This document shows, one piece after another, positions 24,907 to 39,058 of a stretch of DNA of 64,000 nt. Positions within the stretch are counted from its first letter, which is position 1. Every line of letters starts with the position of its first letter. Both the position numbers and the translations under genes were made by a program. The notes beneath the pieces were generated by a model that made no database searches, had not been told where the DNA came from, and was given only the letters and a program-made list of their open reading frames with translations. Source of the stretch: Podarcis pityusensis (Eukaryota); NCBI GenBank assembly GCA_964106645.2, contig OZ067042.1; one strand, written 5' to 3'.

Positions 24907-27149
24907 GATTTTGTTGATTTACAAAAGTGTGTGCAATGTCTCTCTCTCGTATTTCCCCCCCCCCATGTAACATTTTTACAAATCCGTTTCATTTGTTGAG
25001 ACATTAGGAAGAAAAGGGGGAAAGAGCTGGAGTGGGGGGGGAAAGGTGGGTGTTTCTATTTTACTTACTATATGTAGAGTTTGGTGTCAGCGTTGCTTGT
25101 GCGGGTTCTTTGCTGTTCACTTGTGTTCCTTTGGTGGTGAGAGAGGCTGGGGTTGGCCTAGGGCTTGGTTTCTGAAGTGAAAAGAACACCAATGTAGACC
25201 AGTTCCCCTGAGCCAATTTTGCTTAAGCACACATCTTTACTCATGACATCCTATTTTGTTTCTTTCAACTGCCTGCATTATCGATATTTCAAATATCTTT
25301 GAATTTGATTACAACTTTAATACAGAGAGTTCTGTATTAATTTATTATGGGAAGAAGTATTGAATTGTGTAAAGGCTGTGTTTCTTCTTTGTAACACTGA
25401 ATTAAAATGTGTAGGCCCCATGAGTCACTTCAATTGATTACCTCTAATGGTTATATTTTCTTGTCACATAATATAGAAATGGAAATCAACTACGTGTGTA
25501 CTGGGACAGTCATGAATGTAATGCTAGACACTTTGCATAATTTATCTTTATTTTTTTTACATAAAAATTAACAATCTGCTTTATTTTGAAGACTGTAATG
25601 TTACATTATTTCTGCTCCTAGATAATTAAAGCACTTAACATATATTATATATAATTTTTACCAGTCTCATTTTCCATGCATTATTAATCTGATAGAATAC
25701 AAATGGAACAGATATAATTTCTTTCTTATTTTAAAATTTATGTAAAGATTAATTAGATGCAAGTTTAATCTTCCACGCCATTCCCTTGGCCAGATTAAAA
25801 ACATACTCCTATGTTTGTGAGTGAAAATTCTCACTTCTAAAAATAGCAATATGTGTACATCAGAGATAAGCAGTTTCACCCAAGTCCATTATGTGTTTGA
25901 TTAAAAACAACCGTATTAATTCAGATGATACCCAAATTGCATTTTTAAAGCTGATAATAGCCCTGTAGTCCCTTTCCTTTGCCCAGGGCCTCACAGGTTA
26001 GTATAGATTTTAAACATAGGAAGTTGCCTTTATAGTAAGCCCAGCCATTGGTCCACTTAGCTTAGCATTGTCTACACTGACTGGCAGCAGCTCTCTGGGA
26101 AATAAGCCTTTCCCAGGCCTGCCTGGAGAAGCCAGAGGTTGTACCTGGGACAGTCAACTGAGTCTTCTGGGGGTGGGAAGTCACTCTAGAATCCTAAATG
26201 GAGTCTAGACCAACCTAGTGTAGAATTCAGCACCAGTACATGAATATAAGACTCAACGGTGGTTGGAAACTATTGATCACATACTTCTCTGCTTAAATGT
26301 TAGTTTCTACTTCAAATTCATGACAATTGTAGTTTAAATACACTAATTTAATGTAGCTACTGCTTTATTCTTCAGAGATACTCACTGTTACAGAGGGGCT
26401 GCTTGGCACCATCCTGCCCCTGCCTGGTCTGGATGTTTTTTGACCACATCAGTGTAATTTTTTGCCTGTTTGCCTGTTTGCTTTGTGTGCTTGAAGGTTA
26501 GAGTGAGGTGTTTGCTGATTGCTGAGGATTGTTATCTGATTACTAAGTGCAGCTAATATGTGTGTGGGCCAAAACCTTTACTGAACTATAAAGCAGACCA
26601 AGCTGTGTACAGTGAGGTCAATGCCAAAGAGGCAATGCCAAAGGGATTTTCTTCTTTGGGTCCTCACTTCAGGGATTCACAGGAGCATCCTCACAGGGAT
26701 TCAAGGCCAGGTCCTGGAGGACAAGCAGGGCTGTTATCCCTGACCCTGCGTGAGAGGCTACATAGCCAGAGGCAGCAGGTGTCTGATTCTGGTGCAGTTT
26801 CCTTGAGCAGGAGGCAGGCAAACAAGTTTAGTTAATCTAATTACAGTCTTCTGCCTGGTACTGTAGGATGTGCTTGTTATTATTAGTCCTTAGCTTATCA
26901 TCTTTGGCCCTAACACCTGTCCTGTACAAAGTGTTATTGGATGGTGGTGCTAAGATGTGTCTGGGTCTGTATGTGTCAGAGAGTTACAGTGATACCTCAG
27001 TTTCAGTGGTTGTGGGCAGGGAGAGATATAGTTTGGGTGGAGGGCTGATTACCATTTTGGGTGGAGGCCTAGATGTTTTGTCTTTGTTCCCCTTCTCAGC
27101 CCCTACACTCATTCAGCAGTTCATGGTATCCTTACACTGAGTCAGGTGG

Positions 27150-27690
27150 TGCTATTACTTAATGCCAGGTTGGCCCAGATCAAGACTATGCTCATCCATG
27201 ATTTGATTGTGGATGAAAGGGCTGACTTGGACTTGGATGGATGAGCTGGGTGGCCCTGATCTAACTCAGCTGTGCCACCTGGGTACTTGGTATAGTGTGA
27301 GATCAGACTGAAAGGTTGAGGGGGTGGCTTCCCTGATTGAGCTGGTTGAAACAGTTTTCAGTGTGGTGTTGGATGACTCAAGGGTGATAATCCACACATA
27401 GACTTCTATTGGGCTAGCTTGAGACTTAATGGCTTCAGTGGCAACCATGAGGCTTCCTCAAAGAGTCTTCTCTCCAACATATCAAGCAGGGCATGCCCTT
27501 GATGTAGTCTTTCCCCCAAATAATAAGAAAGATGGACTGAAAGTATAGCATGCATTGCTCTCCCTTGTTATGACTGGACCATTGTTTGGTGAAGTTTGGG
27601 TTGCGAAAGTTGAATGTTTCCTTGGGAGCAAGCTGCATGAAGACTAGACAAATGGTGCAAGTCTCACTACAAAATCTATCAATCATAGGT
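27150..27690 (+). mobile_element. Highly degenerate LINE (L2/CR1 group) endonuclease-region fragment
   Basis: Residual LLNAR...KTMLIHDLIVDERADL motif, disrupted downstream; GC-richer sequence from about 26400 may be the same element. Confidence 0.5.
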
Positions 27691-28215
27691 CAGTGCTCAT
27701 AATCCTGCCTACCTGGCAGTGTGGGCAACAAAGAGGGCTTACTCCACAGCCTACATTGCATCCTTGCAATGACAGGGAAAGGACCCCTGGAACCTTTGAA
27801 GGACATGCTGTGACTGACTGGCCTCACATTTTGATGACAAAGTTGCTCAACATCAGAGTGACCTTGACTCAGCCTGGGGCCCACACACCGAAGGAACTGT
27901 CCTTTTCCATGTGTTCACAGTGTATGACTTAAGGAAATCTGTGACACAGAACATGGCCTTTACCACATTTGGTTGCATTTGTGAAATGACCTGCCCAATG
28001 AGGTTCAGAGCTATTCTGCTTCTATGACTTTCTCCTCTAGTAAGCCTTTGGCTGGTGAGTAAACAGTGTTGCTTCTATGGATGATTTTTTTTTTTTTTTT
28101 GCAATGCTTATTTTCTGAAAGTTGCTTTGACATTTGGAGAGATATGGTAAGAATGTTTTTAAATAAACCCAAGCTGCCAACATGTTGCTTTATGACTCTA
28201 AATACTAGAAACTTA

Positions 28216-28388
28216 CCGTACATACTCGAGTATAAGCAGACTTTTTCAGCACATTTTTTATGCTGAAAAAGCCCCCCATGGCTTATACTTGAGTGAGGTG
28301 GGTGGAAGCGGCGAAGGGACGAGTGGCCCAAAAGGGAGCCCTTTCTTGCCGCTGGTCCCGCCACCGCCGCCCGCCTCTCGCAAAGGCA
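28216..28388. mobile_element. Left part of a split Tc2-like element (second family)
   Basis: TA followed by TIR CCGTACATACTCGAGTATAAGC, then a GC-rich interior that ends abruptly. Confidence 0.78.
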
Positions 28389-28406
28389 GGCATCTACCGG
28401 GATATA

Positions 28407-29289
28407 CCATATTTTTCGCTCTATAGGACGCACTTTTTCCCCTCCAAAAATGAAGGGGAAATGTGTGTGCGTCCTATGGAGCGAATTCAGGCTCCTTGGC
28501 TTCGCCACGATGTGCCTGACCTGAAAGCCGGAGGAGGAACAGAAGGGTCTCCTTCTGTTCCTTCTCCAGCTTCACTGAAGGGGCGCTGCACCTTCTCCCT
28601 CTCTGCGCAACACCTCTCCTGTGAAGGAGAGGCGCTGCGCAGAGAGAGAGAACTGTGCAGGACCCCTTGAGCAACGCGCCTGTCCTGGAAGCCCGAGGAG
28701 AAACAGAAGGGACTCCTCCTCCGGCTTCGCAGCGTCCTGGAAGCCAGAGGAGGAAAAGAAGGGTCTCCTTCTGTTCCTTATCCAGCTTTGCTGAAGGGGC
28801 GCTGCGCCTTCTCCCTCTCTGCGCAGTGCCTCTCCTGTGAAGGAGAGGCGCTGCACAGAGAGAGAGAACTGCGTAGCGCCCCTTGAGCGACGCGTCTGTC
28901 CTGGAAGCCCGAGGAGGAACAGATGGGTCTCCTTCTGTTCCTTCTCCAGCTTCGATGAAGGGCGCTGCGCCTTCTCCCTCTCTGCGCAGCGCCTCTCTTG
29001 TGAAGGAGAGGTGTTGCGCAGAGAGAGAGAAGGCGCAGCGCCCCTTGAGCGACGCGCCTGTCCTGCCTTCTGCCTTAGCCCTGCGCAGCCTCTTCGGGCA
29101 GGGGGAGCCTTCATCCCACTGCCCTGAAGAGGCTTGGCGCGGTTATCCCAGAAGCCAGAACAGCCACACGGTATCCCAGAAGCCAGATCCCTCTTTCTGT
29201 TCTGGCTTTTTTTCTTTTTTCTTGTTTTCCTCCTCCCAAAACTAGGTGCGCCCTATGGTTCGGTGCGCCCTATGGAGCGAAAAATACGG
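28407..29289. mobile_element. Tc2-like non-autonomous element with three hairpin-module repeats
   Basis: TIRs CCATATTTTTCGCTCTATAGG / CCTATGGAGCGAAAAATACGG; TA TSD confirmed by the empty-site copy at 29786-29910. Confidence 0.92.
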
Positions 29290-29419
29290 TAGTCTACCTG
29301 AAAACCCTTATGTATGCCACCCTGAGTTCCATCATGAGAGTGTAATGGAGAAATATTTTGGAGGGGGTCCAGGTTTCTGAGAAAAGCTTTTAGAATTTCA
29401 TATTTTGCTTTATTAAGTA

Positions 29420-29785
29420 CCGTATATACTGGAGTATAAGCAGACCCAAATATAAGCCGAGGCTCCTAATTTTAGCACAAAAAACTGGGAAAACTTATTG
29501 ACTCGAGTATAAGCCGGTTCACCACACCACAAACCTGGTGGTGGTGGCAGTAGAGGAAGAACAAGCAGCCCGAAAGGGCTGGTTTTGGGCTGCTCGTTCT
29601 TCCGCAACTGCCACCGACAGTGGCAAAGGAGGAGGCAGGAGCAGCCCGAAAGGGCTCCTTTTGGGCTGCTCGTTCCTCTGCCGCAGCCTCTGCCGCTCGC
29701 AAGAGCAGGCATAGGAGCCACAGTTGGGAGAGGCACAGCGCAGCGCAGTGCCTCTCCCAACCGCAGCTACTGTGCCTGCCCTTCT
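29420..29785. mobile_element. Inverted right part of the split Tc2-like element
   Basis: TA followed by CCGTATATACTGGAGTATAAGC, in the same orientation as the TIR at 28216. Confidence 0.78.
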
Positions 29786-32700
29786 AAATTCTAAAAGCTT
29801 TTCTCAGAAACCTGGACCCCCTCCAAAATATTTCTCTATTACACTCTCATGATGGAACTCAGGGTGGCATACATAAGGGTTTCCAGGTAGACTATATCCC
29901 GGTAGATGCCAAAGAATTTGATGCTAGTTCATAAGAGCATGATAAAGTGGCAAGGTGTTGGGGTTTTTGTGTATGTATAAACCATGGGTTTATAAACTTA
30001 CATTAGGTTTACTGAAATGAATCTAATATAGTTTTTCTTATATGGAAGGAAGTTTCTGTACTGTAACTGGTGTTTTGTCAATTACTTTATTTTTGTTTGT
30101 GTTTAACTGTTTCCTTTCTTGGTATTAAAATAGATTTTTCACAGCTGAAATAGAGGTGCTCCATATCTTTTTAAAGCAACAATTAATATCAATATTGCCA
30201 CAAACCCTTACTCATGTTGATAAGAAAAAATGGAGTGGGGGGCGACCTACCTTTGTACAAAAAGATTGTAATTGAGTGAATTGTTGACCTGTTTTCTCCC
30301 AAAATGTAAAGTAGCAGTTGCAATTAATTACATTTTATGTATTTGTGAGTACTTAGAAGTCATAAATTTAGCTCTGGTGCAATCTGCAGCAGCAAATTGG
30401 CTTTAGTGCTCCAGCATTAGAAAAGCAACATCATACCCATATAGGACACTAATTGCTTCATTTAGTTGAGAAAACCAAGCTTCTTTGTTTTTTAAGGGTG
30501 TTTGGGGGAGAATCTTTTGTTATATGTAGGCTGTAGTGTAGACTGTTATACCTGTAGTTAAAATTTATTGTATGCTATTTCAAACAGGCCTGGCTTTGTG
30601 TTTTGCTGAGAAAGGGCCCTTTTTTATGACACGAATAAAGACAGGGATTTATTTGACATGAAGTAAACTGGAAAAGAAGTTTCCTATACTTGTGCCAAAC
30701 TTCAACGATATTTTATTTGTTGTCTTGCCATCCAGAGTCCTGAAGCACTAAGCCAAACAAACAGATATTTTAAGTCCACAATGACTGATGTTACCTGGTA
30801 GTCCCCGGCACAGACAAGCTGGAAGTAATTTTTTATTTTCAGTGAAACTCAATTATCTGAATGTAATGTGTGCACCTCCTATAATTTCACTCTAGTGCAA
30901 TGCTTTATAAAATACCATTTATAATTAGTTGAATTTCTGAGGTCTCTGAGGTCACTTTGATCAGAGAAGGTGTACACATACTAATAAATTTACCTTGGAA
31001 ATATATGTATTTGGAATATATGTCTAAAGCGAACAGACTTGTATACATTTTACACTGTCTAAACGTTCACATGATTTGCCTTAGGCAAGGACTGGTTGAA
31101 ACTGGTTGCACAGAAGACAAATAATATTGTAGCCTGTGTTAAGTGTATATCTGCTTTGAAATGAATGCACTTGATGTGAATGAATATGTGCTTCATAGAA
31201 AAGCTATACTCGGGATTTTTAAAGCTAAGCAAAACTATTTTTCTAGCATAGAGCTCTGTTCAATGTTCAGCAGTTATTGAGAAGGCTAGGGAAGATAAGA
31301 AGAAAGGCTATTTATATCATGTTTCTTTTTCTTTCTATACTCTATTGAAAAGACCTGCCAGTTTGACAAATAACATGAGCAAGCAAGGAATTATTATATC
31401 TGGAGGCTGCAAGGTTTCCTTATCTTAAACTTGGCTTTTAATAATTATATTTGTGTGGTTTTTTTGGTCAATGCTAAATCCCACCTTTTTACCCCCTAAG
31501 AAAAAGAATGCAAAGAAAGCCCTTGAGCTGGCCTGCCGCCTGATCAAATGAAAATGTATTGTGTGTGTGGCTTTTATTTGCAGGCTTCCCCCCCTCCCCG
31601 GTCACTATACACATAGATCTTCTTATGTGCTCCAGTAAGCTGTCTGAAACATCCACTGAAATATAGGAACTGGAAGACACTTGAATTTATAGCATAATTG
31701 AAGGATCTTGCTGGGAAGCTGTTGTGATAAAATATGTCTGCCTTGTATAGTTCTCATGAAAAAATGTTCCTGAAATAGAATTCATAATTGTTCATCACTT
31801 TTATTTTCCTATAAATAATATAACTATCTAAGGCTCATGCAATCTAAATAGTATAAGTGCATCTAGGGGTTTCATGCATTGGAATATGGGAAATACACAA
31901 CCCGTTCTTAATACCACCCAAGCCTTGTCCTGCACCCATTCATTGTTGCGCTATTATTGGTGGTGACATTCTTTTAATGCTCAGACATTCCTGCTGCTAC
32001 TTATTACTGCATGTCCCACTAATAGGAAGATAGTGACATTATGAACCACAGTAATCTTGGCAGGTTCATAGTCTACTGAGGAGTCTAGGTGAAGGTTTTT
32101 AATTGACACATTCTAGTTTTTTATTTGCACAGGTGTTGAGCCATAAGGCAGACCGATAACTTGCTTTCTGCGAGCAAGAAAGGGCCTGAAAGGGTGTGTG
32201 TTGATGTTGAAGGATAGCATAGCTTCTGGTCAGAGGCCATAACTGCCTGATTTAATATGGAATCATTGAATGAAAGGACTAGCAAGGGCATGAGACCACG
32301 AAAGTGAGAATCTTGGACAAAAATGGAGATAATGTAGATTGGTTGCAGAGTTATGTTGTAGTGTAAATATTGATCTGGTTTGCTTAGGATAAGTGTTCTC
32401 AGGAAGTGAGAATTGAACCAATGCATCTGAGATAGCACAACAGCAACCAGACTTTGGTTTAGGATGGGGATGGGGAACTTGTGGTCCTTCATATGTTGTT
32501 GGTACTCCAGCTCCTCTCAGCCCCAGACAACCTGACCAATGATTAAGTATGATGGTCCTCCAGTTTTGGTTTAGGACCTCTGGTAGTATACTTCTGAGAT
32601 TTTAATGCTATTTCATGTTAAGGATTTAAAAAAACAAAACCACATTTAATGAGGATTTTATCACATTGCAAAATACGCTGCTGTTATAGTGGTGTGTGAA

Positions 32701-33329
32701 CTAAAAAAACCCCTTCAAAATGAAAGCCTCCTTCATCTTAGCAGCACATCAGTATGATTATTTGATTATCAGTATTTAATAAGGCATCACTTTGTGTCTA
32801 TTTGAAAAATCGATGGCATCTTCAAACATGCCACTATACTCAGATCCCTTAGAGCAAGTCCAATCCTTTTACAACAAGGAATATGACACACAACATCGGA
32901 TGATTGAACAGTGCTATTCCTTCACACTTCCAGTTTGGTTTTATTTATGAATTTATTTAGAACAGGAATGAGCACCTTCTTCAGCTGGATCCTCCCCAAC
33001 CAAGTAGCTGGGGGCTGGACAGCCCTGGCCATTATGTCACTGCTGAATCCCCACATCTTGGCTGGGTATCCTTTCAGTACTAAAAGTGAGAAAATGTTGG
33101 AGGTCTTTCTGGTTACACAGAAGCTTCTATGGGAAGCTTCCTTTAACCTATCATACATGTATGTGCCTTATGTCCTTATTTTGGGGAGGGTGCATATGAA
33201 GTACTTGGGACAAGTGAAAGTAAATGCTAGTGGTTGTTGATTTCAAAATGTCAGTTATTTCTAATACTGAGCTATATCTTCTTGAACCTTAGTAAGAGGA
33301 AATCATATTATCTTACCTTGTCTTACTAG

Positions 33330-33414
33330 CTTGTGATGAATGGAAAATTCTTCCAAAACCTAATCTTCATCGTGATGTGAACAGATTTGGTCACTCTGCA
33401 GTTGTCAGCAATGG
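33330..33414 (+). CDS. ATRNL1: ATRNL1 coding exon (about exon 11, 85 nt)
   Basis: tag|CT...GG|gtaaat; ACDEWKILPKPNLHRDVNRFGHSAVVSNG. Confidence 0.94.
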
Positions 33415-35053
33415 GTAAATATACTTTTCTAAAAATGAGTCAAAAGAAAATAAACATATTCTAACACATTATCTTAAATATACATTTTTAATGAACAACT
33501 GATGTTCTTTGTTATCTTATTAATGATGAGCTTATGAAAGCCAGAGTTTTGTACTCTACTTGAACTGGGAAGACCTGAAATAAAATCCTCATTTAGCTAT
33601 GAAGTTTGCTGGGTATTTTCAGCCATTTACTTTTATTTTGGCCTAATATGGCCTCTCAACACCACTGTGAAGACAAAAGGGTCATGGGAACCTCTGTTTC
33701 ATTGAACTGACTCCCTTGGTTTGAGGGGGTGGGCTGCCAATTTTGTTCACCTGATTGAGAAGATAGAGAAAAAAGAGCTGAAATTGTTTGGATAGGATCT
33801 ACAAATCTTATGCTATGTTATTTATTTCATTTAAATAGTTACGGAAAGTCTTTCTATGTAAAGCTCTCTCATTGTGATTTACATGATACAAATTTCCAAA
33901 ATATAACAGTAATACAAAATATAAATAAAAAATAATTTCAAAAATAACTTTATGCTACATCAAGTTTAAAAGTATAATGATTAAATTTGGAGTTTGATAT
34001 TTCTTGGTATACCTTGGAACAAAAGTATGTTCAATTATAATTAGCTTCCTGACCTTGTTATTACACTGGGGTGGGATTAAAGCAGTGATAATGTACCGGT
34101 ATATAGTTAGCATACACAAGAATATTGGAAGCTGTTTGAAATCGATACCATTGATATACTATATTCATCAGTGCTTGAGGGGCAGGAGAGGTGAGAGGAA
34201 GTGGAAGAGTTTCATTTCAAAGTATGCCAGAGTACAATTTGTTCTATGCGTCATTTAGCACCTTTATAAGAACTGTATAATCTATTGGATAACAAGCATG
34301 GATTGGTATACATACAATAAAATAATTGTAGTTGTTTATCACTACCATGATCCTGCTGGCCAATTTTTAGACAGTTCTACCCTACAGTTCCACATGATAC
34401 AGATCTTACTGTTCAAGAGTGCTATCAAAGCTCTGGAAGAGTTTATTGGGTGCTACAGGGGACTTTTGGGGGAGGAGGGAAAGAAAAAGATTGGTTGTGC
34501 AGGCTGCCTACCACTCCCACAAGTGGATACAGCCTGCTATAAATGATGTCAAAACTCCTAATAAATGTGAACATACTTTCAAAAGAGTTTTCAAATATTC
34601 TTTGTAACTTGATGCACGGCAGAGGCAGACAGGCACTCAAACAGACAGCTTCAACTTTCTTCAAGACTCAGAGAGCTGCTTTTGAAAGTGCCTGCCTCAC
34701 CTGGATCAAATGATTTTTTTGAAATTTTTGTGTAAGCCTATTCTGTATAGCATTCTGGGATTACATTCATTGAAAAAGTGTGAGATTGTTTTAGGTTCAC
34801 CAGAGAATGTGAGCTACAGAGTGTCAGGCTAGGCTTCTCTGCCCCCTCCATCACCCTATATATTTTATTTTATTTCTTTTTGATGCTAACCAAAACAGTG
34901 GGATCTTCTGAAAGAAGGTTAGCTACACACTTCTTAGGACTAGTAAGTGTGAATACTCTCTCACATAAAATGGAGATGGCAAATGAGGCAAGAGTCGTGG
35001 CCTTGGATGATTCATGTCCTAAAATCACAATATTACTTTCTATTACTTTATAG

Positions 35054-35262
35054 GTCCATGTATATATTTGGAGGTTTTTCAAGCGTTCTGTTAAATGACA
35101 TCCTTGTGTACAAACCTCCCAACTGTGAAGCATTCAGAGATGAAGAGCTTTGTAAAACTGCTGGGCCAGGGTTAAGATGCTTATGGAACAAAAACCGCTG
35201 TGTGTCGTGGGAATCTGGTCATGCTAACAACATTCTTAGGGCAAAGTGTCCCAGAAAAACAG
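35054..35262 (+). CDS. ATRNL1: ATRNL1 coding exon (about exon 12, 209 nt), last Kelch and PSI
   Basis: tag|G...G|gtaagt; SMYIFGGFSSVLLNDILVYKPPNCEAFRDEELCKTAGPGLRCLW. Confidence 0.95.
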
Positions 35263-36089
35263 GTAAGTGAATTGTCCCTTGGTAATTATTATTTTAATCA
35301 TAGCAATGATAGCAGTGCTATGATATCATAGCACTTTCTACAAGTTTAACAAAATGCAAGTATAGACGGATTGGGACTGCATGTGCTGGTGCTGCTCTGT
35401 AAATATATTCCGATTGTGAATTTAGAAACAGTTTGATAGTGTTATATAAATATTCTTAGTATATTATTAGCCTATGTGTTGCTTTATGTTTATCAGATTG
35501 TTCTGTTTTGCAACACAGGGGATTTTTGTTGTTGCATAACTCTGTAAATATATTCATCAGGAGGTGTCAAAGTTCCTACATGTGTACATGTGTACCAACT
35601 GTATAGGTAAGATCCATGATTGCGCAGGCAGAATCTGTACATGTAGCATTGGTATGCATAGGCTCTCTTGCATTTCTGATGAATGCACGTATGGGACAGG
35701 GCCAGCAGCCATAATCCCACTTCCCCCTTTCTATGCAGGTTCTGTATAAATTTGAAAGGTATTCCTAGAAATGTTTATTAGCATCTATAAAGGTGTTTAG
35801 TCCCAGATAAAAAAAGAATCAATGTAGATATATTATTTTAATAATATATTTATTTATACCCTGCCTTTTTCTCTGACAGGGATTCAAGGCATCTTACAGA
35901 TGAAAATAAGCACAGCTAAATATATAATTCCTTTCATAAACTGAATATGATTTACCTCTGCTGAGTGCCATATAAAGATATACATACATACATACATCCT
36001 TTTATTTGTATGCCACCTTTATATTGTTAAAACCATGCTCAAGGAGACTTACAACAGGAAAGAAATTGCATAATTACAACTATAAAAAG

Positions 36090-36353
36090 TGTTAAGTTGT
36101 GGGTGAGCATATCAGACGACACAGAGATTCTTCAAACAGCTCTTGTTTATTCACAGGCCAGAACAGAACTGAACTGAAGGGTTCAGCCAGCCTGCTTATA
36201 TAGAGCTCCACTACAACGCAACTATAACCATTTTCTGTAACTATCCAATCACTGAACGTCACTTTTAATCCCCTATTTGCATATGTGGACCTGAGTGAAA
36301 ACTATCTACAGTATCCCCCTGCTGGCCCAGGGTGAGAACTTCAGTACATAACA
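36090..36353 (-). mobile_element. Solo LTR (264 bp)
   Basis: TGTTA...TAACA termini; 5-bp TSD AAAAG (36085-36089 and 36354-36358); on the minus strand a TATA box (36195-36203) followed by AATAAA (36146-36151). Confidence 0.85.
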
Positions 36354-36432
36354 AAAAGAAATAGTCAAACAATAAATAAAACACATCAAAAAATACACAA
36401 CCAAATTGAATAATGTCCATATTAAATTAGTA

Positions 36433-36673
36433 CAGTGGTACCTCAGTTTAAGAACAGCCCTGTTTACGAACTATTCGGTTTACAAACTCCATAAAACCGG
36501 AAGTAGTGTCCCGGTTTGTGAACTTTACCTCGCTCTAAGAATGAAAGTCGAACAGTGGAAGGGCACTGGCGGCGGGAGGCCTCATTAGGGAAAGCGCACC
36601 TCGGTTTAAGAACGGTTTCGGTTTAAAAACGGACTTCTGGAACGGATTAAGTTCGTAATCCGAGGTACTACTG
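36433..36673. mobile_element. Tigger-like MITE, different subfamily
   Basis: TIR CAGTGGTACCTC / GAGGTACTACTG; TA on both sides. Confidence 0.85.
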
Positions 36674-39058
36674 TACTTGAAGTTTGTAGATTACCATCAA
36701 TTTCCTTCAGTATTATTTTAGTAGTTCATTAGGAAATATACCAGTATTGAAAGAAAAAATAACAACCTCACAGTCTTTTATCCATAAATATGCAAGTGAA
36801 GGCCTGTGCGCAGGACTTTCTGGCCCATTCTGCCACTGTATAGCTCCTGTAGCCTTGCCCCACCAACTGTTCTTGAGGGAGCTGCTCTAGGAGAGAGGGG
36901 GTAGTGGAGATGCAGCAGGAAGGAGTAATTAGTAAAAGTTGGGGAGAGGGGGGTTTAGAATCAATAAGGATTAATTCTACTGTAGCGCATTAATATTATA
37001 AAGATACAGTTCATTTCTTTTAAAAAACAGTTAGAAAAGGTAAAAAAAAAATATTGCAAGGGAAACAGCTCAAAGCATGTAAAACCGGAAAATATTTGAG
37101 AAGTAGTATGAATTGGGGATGATATATTGTAAGGGCTTTTTCAGGGCACAAGAAGATACTTCTTGAATAAGGACAAAACAGTTCTTTAGTTATTGAGAAC
37201 CTCATAAATAAAAGGTAAAGAGATGAGATGTGAATACTGGACTGAAAGGTGAGGTAAAATGAAAGGTCTTTGAAAAGTGTAAGAGTAAGGATGAGATGCT
37301 TCAAAAGCATAAAGAAAGGCCATCATGGGCTTTGTGATAAGGAGAAGAGTTAGAAATGAATGTGTCAAGGATCAGAATGTAATAAAGGATTTCAAATATA
37401 GGAGAGAGTGTGATGACATGATTGAAGCAGGAGGCTGCAGCTGAATTTTGACGTAAATTTGGTTCAGGCAGGTGGCTTTTTTCCTGAAGTAACCTCTTGA
37501 TAGTATTTCATGGTCTGCTTCTCATGGTTTTCCTTGGTGAAATGATTAAAATGATTGCTCCTCTTTGAGCTTGTACAACGCTTGTGATAAATTAAACTTT
37601 TCTATGAATACTTTAAGACAGATTTCATTTTATTTTGAGTCAAGCAGGCCTCTTTTTGAACACTGATTTAAATCCTACACGTTGATCTCTCAATAGGTCC
37701 TTTTCTAACAGAACCTCTTTTTATTAGCCTTTTGTATGGTTAAGCCCATTCCTGTAGTGTAGCTGAAAACCAGTGAGACACAGTTATTTCTGATCCACAA
37801 GTTTACTTAATAGCATTTCACCTGCCAAGGTACTGGTAGAATACGACCTTCTGAGAGCACACTAAACTGCAGTTCAGCATTCAAGTTGCATTCCCAGTAT
37901 TCACAACATTCCCAGACCTCACCCACCTTACATTTGGAGTCACTTAACTTGTAGCTACTCCATTGCTTCCAAGACTTCTGTGTTTATCTAGGACTTTATT
38001 TCCTGAAGAAAACCCACCCTCCAAATATATTGTTTGTCAGCAAACTTTTTATCTCTTTACCTCTCCCTTTCTCACTATTTTAGCATTATACATCACCGTC
38101 ATCATCATCATCAGTAGTAGTAGTAGTAATTTTTTTTTATTTTGTGAACCACCCTGAGACCTGTGAGTATAGGGCAGTATACAAATTTAATAAATCATAA
38201 TAGATAAATAAAATGTGTGTCAATGGCAGCTATAACTGAAGCCCAGCATAGGTGTTACAAATTAAATGGCTATAGTCTGCATGCCAGTTATATGCTTCAT
38301 GATGTCCACCTGAAACGTGATATATATTGTAAATAAATAAACATTTAGCTTTGCCTGGGGAGATCTGGGTTCAAATCCCCTTTTGGCCATGAAGCACAGT
38401 TGGTGTCTTGGCCCAGCTGTGATTTCACAGCTTAACATTTTCATAGCGTTGCTGTGAGTGTAAAATGAGGCAAAGGGGCACAAAGTTCACAACTCTGACC
38501 TTTTTTTCATATTTGGATATATGTCTTTGGCTCACCATAGGGTTACAAAATAGGTAGAAGATGTGGCCGACCACTATCTCAGGGGCTGGCTCGGTTCTGG
38601 TGATACACAAGTCAGCCACAGAAAGCATCCATTTTGCTTAGTTTCTCAGTCCAGGTAAATGCTTGTTTTGAATTGTGCAATAAAGTAAAATTAAATAGCC
38701 ATCCCCATTTTGCTAAATAAATGAAGAAGACAGCACAAAAAATAGTTTCTAGCACATTTGTATACAGTATTTGGGCACATCTCATGCTTTGGATTTTGTT
38801 TCAAGAAGGATTTTTTTTTTCATTGGCAGAAATCCTTCAAGAAAAGTGTTTCAGACAGATAATGGGGTATAAATAACATATAGTTAACATGTTTAGCTTC
38901 ATGTTAAGAAACTTTATTCTCAGACTGAAGGTCATACTTACAATGAATAAATGCTGGATATTGTTTCCAGCAGCTGTTAAAAAATGCGTGAATTAAAAAG
39001 TGCAACATCTTTTGTCTCTCATCTTGATGCTTCACCATGTCTTTTGTTTGTATTATAG

